NCBI GenBank assembly: GCA_951406725.2
Contig: OX597821.1
Location: 91,636,001-91,700,000 of the forward strand
Source of the DNA: Octopus vulgaris
Lineage: Eukaryota
Reading direction: 5' to 3'
Length of the DNA stretch: 64,000 nt
In this document: positions 1 to 14,188 of the stretch, piece by piece
How the letters are laid out: each line of letters starts with the position of its first letter
How positions within the stretch are numbered: position 1 is the stretch's first letter
Notes under the pieces: generated by a model
What the model saw: the letters and a program-made list of their open reading frames with translations, nothing else
The model's database searches: none
What the model was told of the DNA's origin: nothing
Position numbers and translations under genes: made by a program

Positions 1-189
1 GACCATGTTTATAGTTAATTGCCCCTTCTCAAACCTTTTTAAGTATCCCAATGTCACTGATAATTATCAGACAAGTTTCGTTTTTTGTTTCCAAAATCAT
101 GGGTACAAACCCCTTCTTCCTAATTAATCAATAAAAAGAAAAAGAAAAAGAAAATCATTTTTGAAAATCTTTTGTTTTAGCTAATATTT

Positions 190-420
190 ATTTCTTCATT
201 GCCCACAGGGTGCTAAACACAGAGGGGACAATCAAGGACAGACAAATGGATTAAGTCGTTTACATCAACCCCAATGCGTAACTGGTACTTATTTAATCGA
301 CCCCGAAAGGATGAAAGGCAAAGCTGACTTCGGCAGAATTTGAACTCAGAATGTAATGGCAGACGAAATACTGCTAAGCATTTCACCCGGCGTGCTAATG
401 ATTCTGCCAGTTCACCACTG
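190..420 (-). mobile_element. SINE family B copy
   Basis: Reverse complement of the family B sequence (ggcgagctggcagaa...gcctttcatcctttcggggtcgat...gtaccag), which recurs many times in the window. Confidence 0.85.
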
Positions 421-555
421 TTTTAGCTAAAATTCTAACAACTAATAGGAAATGACTGCACTTGATGCAACATCTACTAATCTGGATAGGGTGAGTTAAG
501 TCTATGTAGATATCTCTATCTAAATGACATAAAGGTGAGAGAAATAGATCTCTTT

Positions 556-943
556 ATTCTTTTATGCTTTCACTTGTTTCAGTCATTTGACTGCAGCCAT
601 ACTGGAGCACTGCCTTAAAGGGTTGTAGTCAAAGAAATTGACCCCAAGACATTTTTTGTAACCCTAGTATTTATTCTATTGGTTCTTTTGCTGAACCCCT
701 AAGTTATGGGGACATAAACACATCAGCTTTGGTTGTCAAGTGATAGCAGGGAAACACAGACACACGTAAATACATACATATATATATGACAGGCTTCTTT
801 CAGTTTCTACCTATCAAATCCACTCAAGGCTTTGCTTGGCCTGAGGCTATGGTAGAAGACACTTGCCCAAGGTGCCATGCAGTGGGACTGAACCCAGAAC
901 CATGTAGTGGGGAAGCAAACTTCCTACCACACAGCCATGCCTG
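556..943 (-). mobile_element. SINE family A copy (tRNA-like head, internal TA/TG microsatellite, aaagagt-type tail)
   Basis: Matches the ~400 bp repeat present more than 20 times. Head has Pol III A/B-box-like tggctgtgtggtaag and ggttcagtccc, then CORE-like ccttgggcaagtgtctt. Confidence 0.85.
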
Positions 944-1389
944 TGCCTTGGGTCATTTTTTTTCACTTAAATGATATTAATGTTTGGGCTAAGGCCATGC
1001 TGGTGCACTGCAATCAGTGGTTTTTGTTCATCTTATTAGCCCCACTACATTTTTTGGAACTTATATCATTGTTCTTCCAAATATGAAATGTAACATAGAC
1101 ATTGGTTAACACTGGAAGAGAATTGTTAGCATGGAGATCAAAATGTTTGTGATATTTTGTTTGTCTTTATGTTCTGAATTCTAATTCTGATGAGATCAAA
1201 TTTACCTTTCAGATGAGTGCTGAAGTCACTGAAATCAACTAGCCTAGCTCCCTCCCCAGAAATTGCTGGGAATGTGCCAAAATTTGAAAATGATATTGTA
1301 GTATATTTATGCTCAGATATCTAGTTCTTGTCCTATCTTTTGATCTATATGTCTGTCTATCTATCTATTTATCATTCTATCTGTGTGTG

Positions 1390-1421
<32 letters not shown>

Positions 1422-1427
1422 TATATA

Positions 1428-1574
1428 CGACAGGCTTCTTTGAAATCCACTTACAAGGCTTTGGTTGGCCCGAGGCTATAGTAGAAGACACTTGCCCGAG
1501 GTGCTATGCAGTGGGACTGAACCCGGAACCATGTGGTTGGTAAGCAAGCTACTTACCACACAGCCACTCCTGAG

Positions 1575-1577
<3 letters not shown>
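1428..1577 (-). mobile_element. SINE family A, 5' half
   Basis: Head portion only, bounded by (TA)n. Confidence 0.8.
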
Positions 1578-1609
<32 letters not shown>

Positions 1610-1635
1610 ATGAGAATCATCAGTCAAAAAAAAAA

Positions 1636-2340
1636 AGGTAATGCAAGTTGGGAAACAAGAGGAAGTGTACCAGTGAAAGTCAGACAAGAACCAGTTGAAG
1701 AAGTTACAAGCTTCATATATCTGGGAAGCACAGTGACAAGCAGCAGTGATGCAGAAACAGATGTAAGCTGCAGAATTGCCCAAGACAGCATCAGTATTTA
1801 GAAACCTGATAACACTTTCGTGTAGCAAAAACATAAGTACAGAGCTGAAGATTCATCTGTAAAAAGCAGCAATACTGGCAATAGTGATCTATGTAGCTGA
1901 GACCTGGAAGATGACAGCAAAAATTGCCTGCCAACTTGAAGTATTTCCTCGGTGACGCCCCAGAAAGATCCTAAGAATCACTTAAGACAGAGTGACAAAT
2001 GAAGCCATTCTCTAAGCAGCAAGAGTAAGGCCCCTGCATGCAATTGTAACTGAATGATGAAAGAGAATGGCTGGACACATACTATGACTGCCAGAGGAAA
2101 GGTTTGCCAAAACAGCCATGGGCTGGATGCCACTGGAAGGTAAGAGAAAAAGAGGCTGGCCAAGGAAGACATGGTGTAGTACCTTCAAAGAAGACCTATG
2201 CCCATTGAAGAGTACCTGGGAAGAAGCATACTGGTTGGCCAGAGACAAAGATAATTGGTGACCATTGACTGCATGATCTGCACTCAAGGGCACCAATGTA
2301 CCTAAGAAGAAGAAGGGGAGGAGGAAAAAGAAGAAGAATA
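1636..2340 (+). mobile_element. Decayed RTE-clade LINE 3' fragment (RT C-terminus)
   Basis: Peptides EEVTSFIYLGSTVT..DVSCRI and AILAIVIYVAETWKMT, then a GHT..KR..G.PR.TW-like end and an (AAG)n tail. Stops and frameshifts present. Confidence 0.8.
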
Positions 2341-2354
2341 TTTGTATACATATA

Positions 2355-2581
2355 TGTTTCTTTACTACCCACAAAGGGCTAAACACAGAGGGGACAAACA
2401 AGGACAGACCGACAGATTAAGTCGATTACATCGACCCCAGTGCGTAACTGGTAATTTATTGACCTCGAAAGGATGAAAGGCAAAGTCGACCTCGGCGGAA
2501 TTTGAACTCAGAACGTAACGGCAGACGAAATACGGCTACGGATTTTGCCCGGCTTGCTAACTGTTCTGCCAGCTCGCCGCC
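2355..2581 (-). mobile_element. SINE family B copy
   Basis: Close match to family B. Confidence 0.85.
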
Positions 2582-3203
2582 TGTATACATATATACACAC
2601 ATGCACATGTGTGTACATACACACACGTGTGTTTGTGTTCTGCACAGCTACCATTATTGTAATTTAACTCACAAGTAACATGATGTTACACAAGTAGAAG
2701 ATATTTTCTCAAACTGCAGCACAATGAGCCCAAGTCTGATTCACAAGGCTTTTAATGTAAACGTCTTAACCACACAGCCTTCCGTGTAGACTTAATCATA
2801 GAAAGAGTTAAGATTCTTAGAAGTATACGCATAAGGAAATGATGAAGTTACATCAAAATAAATAAGTTGAAAGCAATATATCAATACTTTGAATAACAAC
2901 AAATAATATTTTCTTCTTTAAAATGTCTGAATGTCTGAAACAAGTCATTATTAAGATTATAATTTCCAGACTATTAACCTTCTACTTAGAATATATTTTT
3001 TTAAATTTATTTCTGTCATAGGACTCTATCCATGCTGAGACAACATATTCATGGAGTTTTAATCAGTCATATCAAACACTCCTAATACTTTTTTCAGTCT
3101 GGTTTTTATTACATTGATTTTTTTTTATTGAATGACAAAATTAACTTTTGGCATAGAGGGAGGCAAATTTACATAGGCAGCAGCCCACCCCATATATACA
3201 TAA

Positions 3204-3606
3204 AAGTGGCTGTGTGGTAAGTAGCTTGCTAACCAACCACATGGTTCCGAGTTCAGTCCCACTGCGTGGCATCTTGGGCAAGTGTCTTCTGTTATAGCCC
3301 CGGGCCGACCAATGCCTTGTGAGTGGATTTGGTAGACAGAAACTGAAAGAAGCCTATCGTATATATGTATATATACATATGTATGTGTGTGTGTTTGTGT
3401 GTCTGTGTTTGTCCCCCTAGCATTGCTTGACAACCGATGCTGGTGTGTTTACGTCCCCGTCACTTAGCGGTTCAGCAAAAGAGACCGATAGAATAAGTAC
3501 TGGGCTTACAAAAGAATAAGTCCCAGGGTCGATTTGCTCGACTAAAGGCGGTGCTCCAGCATGGCCGCAGTCAAATTACTGAAACAAGTAAAAAGAGAAA
3601 AGAGAG
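3204..3606 (+). mobile_element. SINE family A copy
   Basis: Near full-length match. Confidence 0.9.
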
Positions 3607-3639
3607 TATATATATATATATACACACACACACACTCTC

Positions 3640-3690
<51 letters not shown>

Positions 3691-4451
3691 TACACACAAG
3701 AAGTTGTTTTTTTTTCAGTTTTCATCTACTAGATTTCCCCTTTCCATCTTAAAGTGAACTCCCTGGAGAAAGCAGCTATTATAAAGGAGATAATCATTTA
3801 TTCATTACAGTTAATGGGAATTGAAATTTGAATATGAAATTAAGAAATTACAAAGAAAAAGTTGGTTAGAATTCCCACATTAATTTTCTGTTTTGTTTGC
3901 TTATTACAAAGTCCTTATAATTTCTAGTTGGTGGTAATCATGTGTAGCACTATTTCATTCTTTTTTAGAAGTCATCAACATGATACTTCTTAATTCTCAA
4001 TTGAATATTTCTTCACAAAGTGAGAGCATTAAGGATGAAAATAATTGAAAATCTAGAGGAAATTAATGTAATGCGTATTATTTCTCTTCATAGAATGATT
4101 TCAGTTTAGAAATCACAAAAATGAGAGAATGTTCTTTGTGTTTATATGCTGAATAATAGTCATTTCCTGGCGAATTAAACCATGTGAAAAAAGCCTTATA
4201 GTAGCTAATAATTTCAGTTTCAGCTGTTACAACTCAAACTCCTCAACAAGCCTTTTTCTGATGAAGTTTTTGAGGTGTAGACAATCACTTCAAGCTGTTA
4301 TTTCTTATTAGTAATTCATTGTATTTGTAGACATATCAAACCCAGTTGTGAAGTAAACTTCTTAACCAAAACGTCAGGCATATGCTTATATTCACAATAA
4401 TAACATTTGAGCTACAATTCAATTGCTTTGGCGTTTTTTTCCTGAATATGG

Positions 4452-4494
<43 letters not shown>

Positions 4495-5558
4495 AATATA
4501 CAAATGAAAATTGAAATTAAATCTATAATCCTAATAGTAATTTGTTGTTATTCAAAATAAGAAATATCTTTATGAAGCCATAGACAAACACTTTTAAGAG
4601 AAGAGGAAGCCATGACAACTTAGCTTTCCCAGAGGGTTCTGTGACATTAGTGAAAGGAAATGGCTTCAATGAAATACCTGGCTCAAGGACTCAGTCGTTT
4701 TCAAATACTGTATCTTGGCCCGTTTGTGTTCCACAAATGGTCACCAACTGTGCCATAGGTTGTTTAAGGTGATTAGGAAAATGCCACAAATTTTAGGAAA
4801 ATTAACTATTATTGATAATCCATACCAAAGGTTGCGAAGGCTCATGACCTAATGGTTAGAATCTTTGGTAATGATCATTGGACTTGAGTTTCATTCTTGG
4901 ACACCATGGTACATTGATTTTTTGAGCCTTCATTGGCATAGATGAGCTGAGAGAAAAACTGTGTATTAGAGGAATCAGATGTTTTATGCTCAAAATCAGC
5001 TTCAGTAACATGAGATTATAACTCGTATGGATAATAACATTTGGGTTAGAAAAATTAGCCAGGAGATCTTATGGAAAAATTTAGAAGAAGACTGACGGCA
5101 ACATGAATAGGAGTGGTGAATGCTAATCTTAGGATTCTGAACCTAACAAAGCAGATGACGATGGCACACAAGATGTAAGTGAGACGTTGTGAGGGAGAGG
5201 ACTGGTTCAACTCATGCTAGCATCGAAAATCAGATAGGAAAATACTGAAAAACAACTATAATGACAATAAGAATTATAACAGTGATCGATATTTCTAAAC
5301 TTACATTTTCCCCAGTTTACCACAGAAGCTACTTCACTTAATATCTTGCAGCCCTTTTTCTCAACAATTCAGGCTTTGTCTTCATTATGTACAGTTGCCC
5401 ATCAAGTGAATGAGGTAGTCTTAATGCCATCATTTCATCTGCTAGAAATAACACCCCAAATTTCCTTCAACATGTTTTATTTATTTCAGTATCTATCTAT
5501 CTATATATGTGTGTTTGTGTGTGTGTGTGTGTATACACACACACACACACATATATAA

Positions 5559-5591
<33 letters not shown>

Positions 5592-5829
5592 CACAATACA
5601 CATACACACATATATATGTATAGATATGATATATACATATGTATATAAATTTGTATATATATATATGTGCGTGAATGTGTTTGGGGATGTGCATGTTGAT
5701 ACACATGTATATGTATAAATGTATGTTCCATACATATACATATATGTACATGCATAGACACATATACACACACACTTACATATATATATATATTCTATCA
5801 TATTTTCCAGTGATGTAATTAGACCAATC

Positions 5830-7450
5830 TCTAATATTATATTTTATTCCCACCAAAATTAACATCATACCTTTCCATAACCAGTATCCTTTTATCTCTT
5901 TCAGGTTACATCGAATTATTACATCTTTATCTTTTCACTAACTTTCCTCTGCCTACCACCAAATATATCGAGAAACCAGCAATGAATCTTCTGTGTTGTC
6001 AATTAATTATTTTGCTCAATAAAACAGCCAACTCATCATTAACAAATTTCTTGTTGTCTATAAAATCCAGATAACATATCCTACCATAAAGACAAGAAAG
6101 TCACATTCAAAAGCAACATTTTGAGTGCTCCTCTTAATTAGCTAACTCACCAATTCTATTTAGTCAGAGCTAACTAGAGCATAGCCAATAGTATAGTATA
6201 ACAATAACCAAATGCAACCATATTTCCAATCACTCCATAAGGTAGGACTAGGTTCGTTATGCAATGCTGGAATAAACCACCAACAAAATTAGTAATATCC
6301 AGAAGTCTGTTAATTGTAATATTGCAAACATACAAGCCTACATTTGATAAGTATTATTAATTACAGTCTAGATATATCAGGTGAGTCTTTAAAAAACTGT
6401 TTCAAGTCTTCAAAGCCATCTGTTTGAAAGGTGCCCTCATAAATATCATTACTGCTTTTGAACTTGAAATGTAACCCTATTGCAGAATTAATGAGATTAT
6501 TAATTATCAGCAATAAGCTCAAGAGTGAATGACACTCTGACATGTTACTTTGCATCTAAAGTTCAAGTGTTTAGCTCAGAGTGAAATTGAGATTGTGCTA
6601 AATCTGTTAAGTAGCCAATTTAACAGTCAATGTCTTCTTCCCACAATCACACTACATTCAAAACAACTAAAACTCTCCAAACAAGCTGCAAGGGATCACC
6701 ATCAATGTAATTGCTTCTTCTGATAAATGTATGAGTTAAAGATATTTCAATAAACAGCTGTTTGTCTTTATATGATGATGAAATTCAAGTCTTAAATTTT
6801 AAGACAGAATTTCCAGCAATAAATACAGAATAGTCATGATTACAATGACCATCATATTGTTTTGGTGCAACCCAGATATTTTATCCCCCAAAATATCCCC
6901 GAACGTGGCCATTGCCAGCGCTGCTCCGACTGGCCTCCGTGCCGCTGGCATGTAAAAAACACCATCCGATCGTGGCCATTTGCCAGCCTCGTCTAGCATG
7001 TAAAAAGCACCCACTACACTCACGGAGTGGTTGGCGTTAGGAAGGGCATCCAGCTGTAAAAAAAACTGCCATATCAGACTGGGCCTGGTGCAGCCTTCTG
7101 GCTTCCCAGACCCCAGTTGAACCGTCCATCCCATGCTAGCATGGAAAGCGGACGTTAAACGATGATGATGATGATACAATGCTTAACACTAGCTGGTACC
7201 ATTCTACATATTTTCGTATGAATCATATCAAATGTTCTATGGATATCAGGGTATATTGCATTTGCTTTGATATCATCTTAGTAAATATGAACATAGCTGA
7301 TAAGTTCAATATTCTATATAGTCAATTCCTTATAATTGGTTATAAACCTAACAGAGAATTTAGATTGACTGTAGCCACCTGTGTTACATACAGTGTAATA
7401 TACTAGAGAAATTGGAAGTGTCATGATATCATTAGAAAGCCAATTTTGTA
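5830..7450 (-). mobile_element. Highly decayed CR1/Jockey-like LINE reverse transcriptase remnant, interrupted by a family C copy
   Basis: Minus-strand peptides in RT order: LPISL (PISL motif), AIYPDIHRTFD (~YLDFxKAFD), HSLLSLLLIINNL (~GSVLGPLLFxxYINDL). Confidence 0.5.
6897..7174 (+). mobile_element. Retroposon family C copy ((GAT)n tail)
   Basis: gtgcc.gtggca.gtaaaaagcacc monomers, then ttggcgttaggaagggcatccagctg, then gcatggaaagcggacgttaaac(gat)n. Confidence 0.85.
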
Positions 7451-7640
7451 AATTAGATTCTGTTCCCATTTGAAGCTGGGATCCATCAGAATTGTTAGTG
7501 TTAGAAAAAGTGCCTTCTGGATTTCCTGCTGGCTCTTTACTTTCTGAAATCAAATTTTGCCAAGGACAGCTTTTGTCTTTCATCCCCCTAAGTTTGATAA
7601 AATAAAGTACTTGTCAAAATCAGTAAAGTACCCTAACAAT

Positions 7641-8000
7641 AGGTGCAGGAGTGGCTGTGTGGAAAGTAGCTTGCTTACCAACCACATGGTTCCGGGTTCA
7701 GTCCCACTGCGTGGTACCTTGGGCAAGTGTCTTCTACTATAGCCTCGGGCCAACCAAAGCCTTGTGAGTGGATTTGGTAGACGGAAACTGAAAGAAGCCT
7801 GTCATATATATGTATATATATATGTGTGTGTGTGTGTGTTTGTGTTTGTCCCCCCAACATCGCTTGACAACCGATGCTGGTGTGTTTACGTCCCCATAAC
7901 TTAGCAGTTCGGCAAAAGAGACCGAGAGAATAAGTACTAGGCTTACAAAGGCGGTGCTCCAGCATGGCCGCAGTCAAATGACCGAAACAAGTAAAAGAGT
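7641..8000 (+). mobile_element. SINE family A copy
   Basis: Full length with a short deletion near the 3' end. Confidence 0.9.
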
Positions 8001-8125
8001 AATATAACAGCAACAACAAACACTTGTATCAATATAATCAGTTAATCCCCGTACCTCAAAATTGTTGTCTGTATAACTAACTTAGTAAAAAAATTCATAG
8101 TTATTATTACTGAACATTTAAATAT

Positions 8126-8543
8126 AGGCACAGGCTATGTGGGAAGAAGTTTGGTTCCCATCACATGGTTCCAGGTTCAGTTACTATAGACTCAGGTCGA
8201 CCAAAGCCTCAGGCTGACCAAAGCCTTCTGAGTGGATTTAGTAGATGGAAACTAAAAGAAGCCCATTGTATATATATATATATATACATATATAGGAACA
8301 TATATAGGAACATATACAGTGATACATACATACCTCGACCCCAATATATGTGTGTCTATACTTGTATCCCACCACCACATGACAACCAGTGTTGGTCTGT
8401 TTATGTCCTCTCGGAAAAATAGATCAATAGAATAAGTTCCAAACTTAAAAACTAAGTACAGGGTTCGATTCATTTGATGAAAATTCTTCAAAGCAATGCT
8501 CCAGCATGACTGTAGTCTAATGACAGAAATAAGTGAAAGAAAG
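8126..8543 (+). mobile_element. Older, diverged SINE family A copy
   Basis: Degenerate but colinear with family A. Confidence 0.7.
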
Positions 8544-8717
8544 ACATTAATATCTCAAACAGACTAACATTTTGAGGTAAAATCCTGCCATGTAAACTCA
8601 ATCATTATCAACATTTAATGACCACATTTGGTGCTTAGAAGAAATTTGTTGGAGCAGATTTTCTTATGGTTGGATGCCCTTCCTGTTACCAACCCTCATT
8701 TGTTTCCATTTGTTTTT

Positions 8718-8927
8718 TTTACTCTAGGCACAAGGCCCGAAATTTTGGGGGAGGGATCCAGTCAATTAGATCAACACCAGTATGCAACTAGTACTTAATC
8801 TATCGACCCTGAAAGGATGAAAGGCAAAGTCAACCTCAGCAGAATTTGAATTCAGAACATAAAGAGCAACGAAATACCGCTAAGCATTTAACCCAGCATG
8901 CTAACATCTCAGCCAGCCCACCACCTT
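8718..8927 (-). mobile_element. SINE family B copy (alternative tail)
   Basis: Family B body with the ggccttgtgcctagagt tail variant. Confidence 0.8.
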
Positions 8928-10324
8928 AGAAAGTAAAATCATAATTAACTGATCCTCCTGTATTTTCTTTCAATCAAAGCCAGAAACTTTTCAAGCACAC
9001 TCTCGTATATATATATGACAGGCTTCTTTCAATTTACTTCTGCCATATCAACTCACAAGACTTCAGTCAGCTTGGGGATGTAGTGGAAGACACTTGCCCG
9101 AGGTGCTACGCAGTAGGACCGAACCTAGACTCATGTGGTTGAGAAACAAACTTCTTATCACCCAACCACCACTGCCTTTCACAGGCATGGCTTACTCACC
9201 TAGGATTCACTAATTTGGATGCTTTGATATTTTATGATGATGATTTAAATTTAGTAGTCATTAGTCAGCATAACTCTCACTTAACCAAGTATGTCACCAT
9301 CAGCAACCAATAGCGTGTGTCTGCAACAGTTTATTTATGGTGATAGATTGTTGGTATGCTTGTAAAGATATTACCTTACACTTCTGATATTACCTTACAC
9401 TTTATGATACACTTCTGATTGTAAGATATCAGCAAATGTAAGGTAAGTAGTGCAAAGTGGTGCAAATATGGCAAAACACAAATGTAAGTCATTAATATTG
9501 TTATGGAAAGTGACAACACTGAAAAATAAACTAGAGTGCTAGTACACTGATGTTCTTAACAGTGCATGATATTAAGAAACAATGAAAGAAAAAATTATAA
9601 GACATTTTACTGATACTGAATGTAAGAAAGTTACCTCCCAGATATGACTCGACTTTGATGTAGATTGTACACAGAAACAAAATCTATTTTGTCAGTAGAT
9701 TTATGTAAAAATATTACTGATTTTCTTCTTAACTTTTACATATCTGAAGGCCTATTTTCTTTTCTTCTTTATTTTTTTCTTTTAGTCTACTTATTTTGTA
9801 TTGCAGTAGAATAAACTTGTACTGAAGAACTAGCACTTTAAGTTAAGCAACAGCTAGGTTTTAGCTTATGTAAGTTGTATTAGTATCAATAATGCATCAT
9901 GATATATATATATATATGAATTAGTTTAGCTTTTTCTTACCCCTAAGCTGTAATAGTTCTGAAAATCCACTACTCAGGAATTTATCTGGTTCCAGGCTTG
10001 CTGGATTAATAAGATTCAATATTATACTAAGATGGAACTATCCCAATATGATGTAAATGGAGCAGAATTGTTAACCCTAAGGTTAAGATTTCAAACTTTT
10101 CTATTCCAAAAGTTTGATTGGCAGATGTTTAATTACATCCATTTACATTGTAATTTTAAATCCTACCTGGATTGACATCACATTTAAACCCTCAGGGAAT
10201 GATAAAATAAGGTGTAAGTCAAGTTCAAATGTTAAGACAATATCGACTATATATCTCTTCATATGTTTATGTTTCAAATCGTTATTTGAAACATATGAGT
10301 GACCTTATACGTATTATACAAATA

Positions 10325-10713
10325 GTGGAGGCGCAATGGCTCAGTGGTTAGGGCAGCGGACTCGCGGTCATAGGATCGCGGTTTCGATTCCCAGACCAGG
10401 CGTTGTGAGTGTTTATTGAGCGAAAACACCTAAAGCTCCACGAGGCTTCAGCAGGGGATGGTGGTGATCCCTGCTGTACTCTTTCACCACAACTTTCTCT
10501 CACTCTTACTTCCTGTTTCTGTTGTACCTGTATTTCAAAGGGCCGGCCTTGTCACTCTCTGTGTCACGCTGAACATCCCCGAGAACTATGTTAAGGGTAC
10601 ACGTGTCTGTGGAGTGCTCAGCCACTTACACGTTAATTTCACGAGCAGGCTGTTCCGTTGATTCGGATCAACCGGAACCCTCGTCGTCGTAACCGACGGA
10701 GTGTGCTTCCATA
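10325..10713 (+). mobile_element. tRNA-derived SINE family D, tail type X
   Basis: tRNA-like head gtggaggcgcaatggctcagtggttag...gtttcgattccc. TSD atacaaata(gt) on both sides. Resembles octopus OR-type SINEs (from recall). Confidence 0.85.
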
Positions 10714-11044
10714 ATACAAATAGTAGGTGTTGTTCTTGTTGTTGTTGTTGCATTGGAAGTGGTGACAGGGAGGAAAGAGGAAAGCAATAGAGTTAAGACT
10801 AACAATAGAAGAGTCTCAGACTACATATTTTTCCACTGTCTAGTTTGTCATGTTGATAACTTATTCAAAATATGATTCAGACAACAGCTTCTCCTTCCTC
10901 TGCTTCCAGTTGATTGAATAACAATGACTGGTCTATGAAGATTGATTCTGTTAAATATATTTCCTTACGGAAAATTGGCCTTGTGCCTAGACAGAAGCAA
11001 TCATCATAATGTTGCTATCAGCATTATTATTGTTGTTATTATTA

Positions 11045-11282
11045 TTATTGAGTGAGAGAGCAGCAAATGTCATCAAAGTGGTACTGGGGTACAAATATAT
11101 GAAGCCCGATATACCCATCATGACTACCCGTCTGATAAGGGTACACCAGGCACATGCATCACAACCATATGTATGCTACATAGTGATCTCACCTTAAGGT
11201 AAATAGTGCATGACCTTACAGGCAGGGCCCAGTAAGAATTTTCTTCAGGTCCAGTAGCCCATCCCACTCAAAAGGATCATGA
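11045..11282 (-). mobile_element. Probable retroposon 3' end with (TAA)n tail, embedded in a trinucleotide tract
   Basis: Complex ~230 bp block that ends in (TAA)n on the minus strand and is bounded by triplet repeats. Family not identified. Confidence 0.4.
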
Positions 11283-11394
11283 ATGATTATCATAATCATT
11301 GTTGTTGTTATTATTATTAATAGTAGTAGTAGTAGGGGTGTTGGTGGTGTTGGTGGCGGTGTTGGTGGTGGTGGTGGTGGTGGTGGTGGTGGTG

Positions 11395-11454
<60 letters not shown>

Positions 11455-11649
11455 TTCAAGGCAGCAAACTGGTAGAATTGCTAAGCGAAATGCTTAGCAG
11501 TATTTCATTCTGAGCTCAAATACTGCTGAGATCAAGTTTGCTTTTAATCCTTTTGGGGTCAATAAAATAAGTACCACTTGAGTGCTAGGGGAGATGTAAT
11601 TGACTTACCCTCCTCCAAAATTGTTGGCCTTGTGCCAAAATTTGAAACC

Positions 11650-12010
11650 ATTATTATTATTATTGTTATCTTTTTTTTTCCTTCTTTCAAATTTGCTTCC
11701 ATTTCTTGCCGAGTGTCTTCCCGACTCCTAGGGCAAAGAAACTCATAGTATACATTGGTAGGCCATTAAACTAAACTCACTAGTTCGTTCATTTTTTTTA
11801 TTTTTAAGTTAAATTAAAATACATGGGTAGTAATAGTTCTCACATCGACAATGCTCTTCTCAATACGTGTGATGTACCAGTTAAGACAATCTTTTGCACT
11901 TCTTGCAGGGATGGTAAGCCAGAGATCATTCTCATATAATTTTCAGTTCCCTTCTTGATCATTCCTAGTGCTCCTACGATCACTGGTATTGTAACCGCCT
12001 TGAGATGCCA
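11650..12010 (-). mobile_element. 5'-truncated R4/Dong-like non-LTR retrotransposon (RLE C-terminus plus 3' UTR) in (TAA)n
   Basis: WHLKAVTIPVIVGALGMIKKG...LQEVQKIVLTGTSHVLRRAL* is typical of the restriction-like endonuclease end. (TAA)n flanks both sides, the known Dong target. Confidence 0.85.
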
Positions 12011-12058
<48 letters not shown>

Positions 12059-12582
12059 GTTATTATTATTATTATTATTGTTAAGGTGATAGATTAGCTG
12101 CATTGATAAGTATGGTGTGAAATAGGAATTGCTTTTTATTATATGTCCTACCTCTTTATGTTACCGGTTCGAATATCACCAAAATCTCTTTTGCTTTTCG
12201 TCTTTTCAGGTCAATAAAATAAAGAGCTAGTCATGTACTGGGGTGAATGTGCATGAATGTGGTGGATTTCCTGAATTATAAGTAATGAAAACAAAAATGT
12301 TTTTGAAGTTCACTTTACAAAGAGTTTCAAAATTTTAAACATCCACCCCATTACCAAGAATGGTAAAAAATATTCATCTTTAGACATTGTATTGTATATA
12401 AACATTTTTGCAAAGTTCTATTTTACTTTGCTTATTAGTGACTCAATACAGCCTCCTCTGTAGTTATGAGAGGTTAATGCATGTCATGATGGTGGCAGCT
12501 GAAAATAGTTTCAAAACACAAATTTTTTAAATAGAAAGCTGGGAGAAATTATAATCAAACAAATATTTAAAAATCTGATATA

Positions 12583-12737
12583 TAGGCACAGAAGTAGCTG
12601 TGTGGTAAGTAGCTTGCTTACCAATCACATGGTTCCGGGTTCAGTCCCACCTTGGGCAAGTGTCTTCTACTATAGTCTCGGGTCAACCAAAGCCTTGTGA
12701 GTGGATTTGGTAGATGGAAACTGAAAGAAGTCTGTCG

Positions 12738-12776
<39 letters not shown>

Positions 12777-12985
12777 ATATGTTAGTGCAGCAGTGTTTGT
12801 CCCCCTACCATCGTGTGGCAACTGATACTGGTGTGTTTACATCACCTTAACTTAGTGGTTCAGCAAAGAGACCAATAGAATAAGTACTAGGCTTACAAAG
12901 AACAAGTCCTGGGGTTGACTAAAGGCAGTGCTCTAGCATGGCTACAGTCAAATGACTGAAACAAATAATGAAAAAAAGAATAAAG
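12583..12985 (+). mobile_element. SINE family A copy
   Basis: Full length, moderately diverged. Confidence 0.85.
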
Positions 12986-14188
12986 AATATGATTTGCAAA
13001 GTACAAAGGACAAAGTGGTGAAAGCTCAAATTTAATGACAATTACAAAGAACATCAATAAAAGTGATTCGTTTTATGCAAGCAAAAGAGGTGCTAGAGAT
13101 AAGTCAACTCCAAGCTAAAGAAAGGGAATGGGAGAGGTATGTTACAAAAGAAAGAGTAACAAAGGTCGTCTGAACTCAGTTCTATTTGTCCTCAGAAGAT
13201 GAGTTGGGGAGAGCTCTGACTAAAGAGAGGCTGGATGTGAGCGTACTTCAGAGAAGCAAGCCTTTGAAAGCATATTGATAAAGGCCAGGAAAACAAAAGA
13301 GCAGCTAAGATAATGGAAAATGTTTGTGAAAAAAGCCAACCCCACAAAAAGAATCTGCTAATCACAATTGTTCAAACTACTAATGATAACATGATGGTGC
13401 TGCTAAATGAATTCAAGAATGCCATACAGGATCCTACACTGACTGAGGTAAGAAATGGGGCCATATACAACAAATCAAAATAAAATGATTGGTTATTTAT
13501 GAAATCCACAGCAATACTTTGCAAACCACTAAATTTGAGCTACCAAAGGATATGGGCAGTTTTAGGTACTGGATAAAGCTCAGTATATTTCTGAGCAAAT
13601 TTTAATGTTGCAAGTTACAGAAATTAAATGGAGCAAAAGGTGGCCTAAGAGCAATTATGCATGTCACTGAAAACAGTTTGAATAGTGTCTTCTGAAGGAC
13701 TTTGAAATCAGGGATAGTGGAATCCAATAGTTTCACCTTGACAGTGCTACAGGGGTTTTTTCTGGGATAAACTCTAAAGACATAGCCATATTGCTGTCAA
13801 CAAAATCTGAACCTATCCAAGATGTCTGAAGGAGAATAAAACTGTATGTACTCAATGTTGACACATTGCTGTATTTGCGGGTTTATGTCATGTTACTATT
13901 TTCATATGTGGCACAGATTTGGCTATCTGTAAAGTGTAACACGATTGAACTATCACCTTGATTTGTCAAGGAGTTGTTGACAGTCTTGCTCTGTCTGATG
14001 GCCAAGACAAGGAAAATTGTATAATGGAAAGTTATTAAATGGTTTTTGGACAGAGCTTTTCATCTAAGGCTGAGACCTCATCATCTTCAAGTACCTCTCA
14101 AAGAAAATAATGAAGTTAGGAAGCAATTTGCAAATCTTTAGTAGATTTTATGGAAGGTGAAGGAGAGCAGCAACTTTGGTATATTTAA

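Noticed and set aside
10325-10400. Possible tRNA gene (also 27664, 33938, 59733)
   Set aside because: These are SINE heads with bodies, tails and TSDs, and there is no proper acceptor stem or terminator
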